From: Naegleria gruberi | Taxonomy: Eukaryota | Assembly (NCBI GenBank): GCA_000004985.1 | Contig: GG738860.1 | Strand: one strand, 5' to 3' | DNA: 64,000 nucleotides | Shown here: one piece after another, positions 62,089 to 64,000 of the stretch | Layout of the letters: each line of letters opens with the position of its first letter | Numbering within the stretch: position 1 is the stretch's first letter | The notes under the pieces: model-generated | Databases searched by the model: none | What the model saw: the letters and a program-made list of their open reading frames with translations, nothing else | What the model was told of the DNA's origin: nothing | Made by a program: the position numbers and the translations under genes

Positions 62089-63732
62089 TTATCGTTTTTC
62101 AATTTTATCATCAATAATAAGACCCCAATTACCAGCATGACAAATCCAAGTTAATTTCTTTCCTTCTAAAGCCATTTTGGCATACTTGGTCTTCTTTTCC
62201 TTATTTTGTTCAATATAGACGACGCCATCTACTCTGATATATCTGCATGAACTGTCATTCATTTGAGTTGCAAATGATAAATTATTAATAATCACATGAT
62301 CTTGATTTGGGTCATGAATAGTATTGTGAATCTTTAAAATGTCATCATCTGTTACAATGTAACCATCAGAGAATGATGATGAATCTTGTGGAGCCGTCGA
62401 TGTTGATGCATTTTCATCTTCCATTCTCATAGTTGGCTTAACAACTGTAATTTCACCTGAAGCAGCTCCATCAATATGAGCTTGCATTGTTGGATCATTC
62501 ATATTATGTTCAGTAGCTTCTCTATAAATTAAACCACAGAACATTTCAATTGTCTTTTCAAAATTATCTAATTTGTATGATGTACCACCTGTTTCTTCTG
62601 CAACTAATTTGTAAAATTCATGTCTTGGTTTTTCTAAATTACCACATTTCACTGCATGAATTTTAACATGATTATTATCAAATAAATTCTGTGCTTCAAC
62701 TTTCCAATCAATATTGAAACATTCATCTTGTAAATGAGGGAATGCATCACCAATTACAACTAATGAACGAATTGTATAACTATTCTCAATTGGAACCCAA
62801 GAAAGAGATTGAGCTTCCTTAATAACACATTCATAAAGTTCTGCATAATCATGACCATTTGTCTTATCAAGTGATTGAATAAATGAAACAATTTGTTCAA
62901 TATCAGTTGTGAAATCCAACTTGGACATGACATATGATCCACTATCCTTACATGATTCATAATCACCATGAGCAATTAAAGCAATTTCTAAACCACGAAT
63001 ATCATTCATTAATTGTTGACAAATAGTTTGTAACTTGAATTTCATATTATTAATATAATTTGTCATTGAAATTGTGGTATCAAATGAGAAACAAATTTGT
63101 ACAGATGGAACTCTTTCACTACCAGTTGTATCTAATTTGTGATTGTTACCAGGAATATAATTACAATGTTGTAGGATATTAGAAACTGAAATACCCTTCC
63201 ATGTTTTTGTAGAGTCAATTGAGGAGATTGACCATTTAGAAGCATCATCTGATCCTTTCAAAATATTATTTCCAGGTGTTTTTTCAATTAATTTGTCTCT
63301 GGCTTCAGATATCGAAGTAAAAACTTTAAATTTTGGATTGGAGAAATCATTGTATGGATTAACAGTTTGTACACTCGATGAAGAGGCACTTGATGATGGA
63401 TTTCTAATAGAATTTTTAACGAGCTCCTTCTTTTGTTTAGTAGAACTAGTTGATTGTTTAATTCTCTTCTGTGTGGATTGTGATGTGGAGATTTTTGCTG
63501 TTTGTTTCAATGAGGATGATGATGATCGTGTAGTTTTTGATGGTGAAGGAGATTTAACTGATGTCTTGGCTGGAGATGATTTGGATTTTGATTTGGATGG
63601 AGAGGAATAATTTCTTCTCAGATCAATTTCTCCAACGACATAATCTTCCAAGTAGCTTGGTAATTTGTGTGTTCTGGTTGGCTTGCTCATATTAATGTGT
63701 GTTGATTTTTTTTTGATTGATCTTTTCATCAT
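62089..63732 (-). CDS. Hypothetical 547-aa protein with a Ser/Lys-rich N-terminus and a central vWA-like (MIDAS-type) domain.
   Basis: ICFSFDTTISMTNYINNMK...IALIAHGDYESCKD resembles a vWA DxTxS metal site. Single ORF. I recognise no family for the C-terminal region. Confidence 0.4.
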   Translation of the reverse strand: MMKRSIKKKSTHINMSKPTRTHKLPSYLEDYVVGEIDLRRNYSSPSKSKSKSSPAKTSVKSPSPSKTTRSSSSSLKQTAKISTSQSTQKRIKQSTSSTKQKKELVKNSIRNPSSSASSSSVQTVNPYNDFSNPKFKVFTSISEARDKLIEKTPGNNILKGSDDASKWSISSIDSTKTWKGISVSNILQHCNYIPGNNHKLDTTGSERVPSVQICFSFDTTISMTNYINNMKFKLQTICQQLMNDIRGLEIALIAHGDYESCKDSGSYVMSKLDFTTDIEQIVSFIQSLDKTNGHDYAELYECVIKEAQSLSWVPIENSYTIRSLVVIGDAFPHLQDECFNIDWKVEAQNLFDNNHVKIHAVKCGNLEKPRHEFYKLVAEETGGTSYKLDNFEKTIEMFCGLIYREATEHNMNDPTMQAHIDGAASGEITVVKPTMRMEDENASTSTAPQDSSSFSDGYIVTDDDILKIHNTIHDPNQDHVIINNLSFATQMNDSSCRYIRVDGVVYIEQNKEKKTKYAKMALEGKKLTWICHAGNWGLIIDDKIEKR

Positions 63733-64000
63733 TCAATTTCTGATATTTTATGGAAAATGTGTTCCCGCCAAAAAATAGTGAATTCGTTGATATTTTGGAA
63801 CATCCTGTAATGCATGAAAATACTAGAATTCAATTTCCATCATATGTTGTAACACCTTCCACTGTATTACTATTATTATTAACATTCGTGTTATTTGATT
63901 GTGAAGATGGTGGAGAAAAATCATGTGATATCCAATAATTCCACTCAATATTTCGGTTCACTTTATTCCACTTTCCAACGAAAATTTTCAAATGATGGAA

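Overview
This is an AT-rich (about two-thirds A+T), intron-containing eukaryotic nuclear window, not a prokaryotic one. Introns are short (about 37-65 nt), begin GTAAGT/GTATGT and end YAG; some contain TACTAAC-like branch sites, and start codons sit in an A-rich AAAAAATG context. I reconstructed about 40 protein-coding genes by hand-splicing the ORF track, plus one intron-containing tRNA-Cys. No rRNA, CRISPR or prokaryotic operons are present.

Gene content:
- Housekeeping: BiP/GRP78 (KDEL-terminated), Rab7, a Rho-family GTPase, a DEAH-box helicase, TRAPPC6, Mic10, mS38, COQ8, a COG0523 zinc GTPase, a PGRMC-like cytochrome b5 protein, a PGAM-family phosphatase, and a COMTD1-like O-methyltransferase.
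- Ciliary: the outer-arm dynein intermediate chain DNAI2, the LC8 light chain, and a WD40 protein. The organism therefore builds flagella and keeps aerobic mitochondria.
- Regulatory: an RWP-RK transcription factor, a CDCA7-like zf-4CXXC_R1 protein, and a nucleoplasmin-like chaperone.
- Membrane: a TRPML/PKD-type channel, a cAR/Git3-like 7TM receptor, and an AEC-family transporter.

Most unusual items:
1. An apparently intact PIF/Harbinger-type DDE transposase ORF, 57377-59482, flanked by GC-rich CCAAT-containing repeat blocks. It carries an unusual 200-aa C-terminal tail of about 20 tandem 10-aa SQS/PP repeats.
2. A single gene, 30248-32732, fusing an E2/UBC-like domain, a UFD1 domain and a C-terminal UBX domain. 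I know of no precedent for this architecture.
3. Two paralogous EF-hand/coiled-coil proteins sharing a repeated E-C-[ST]-F-[KR]-P-x-[IT]-N motif.
4. A 7-nt micro-exon needed to restore the GSGK-TTQ-IPQY helicase motif.
5. An apparent in-frame stop that is really a splice donor, joining RCC1 repeats to a roughly 900-aa coiled coil.
6. A PGAM-family gene with an unresolved +1 frameshift.

The taxon cannot be named from this window: RWP-RK, Git3-like GPCR and TACTAAC introns point to a zoosporic fungus or related protist, but this is a guess. Many exon boundaries are inferred from frame and splice-consensus logic and need RNA-seq confirmation.
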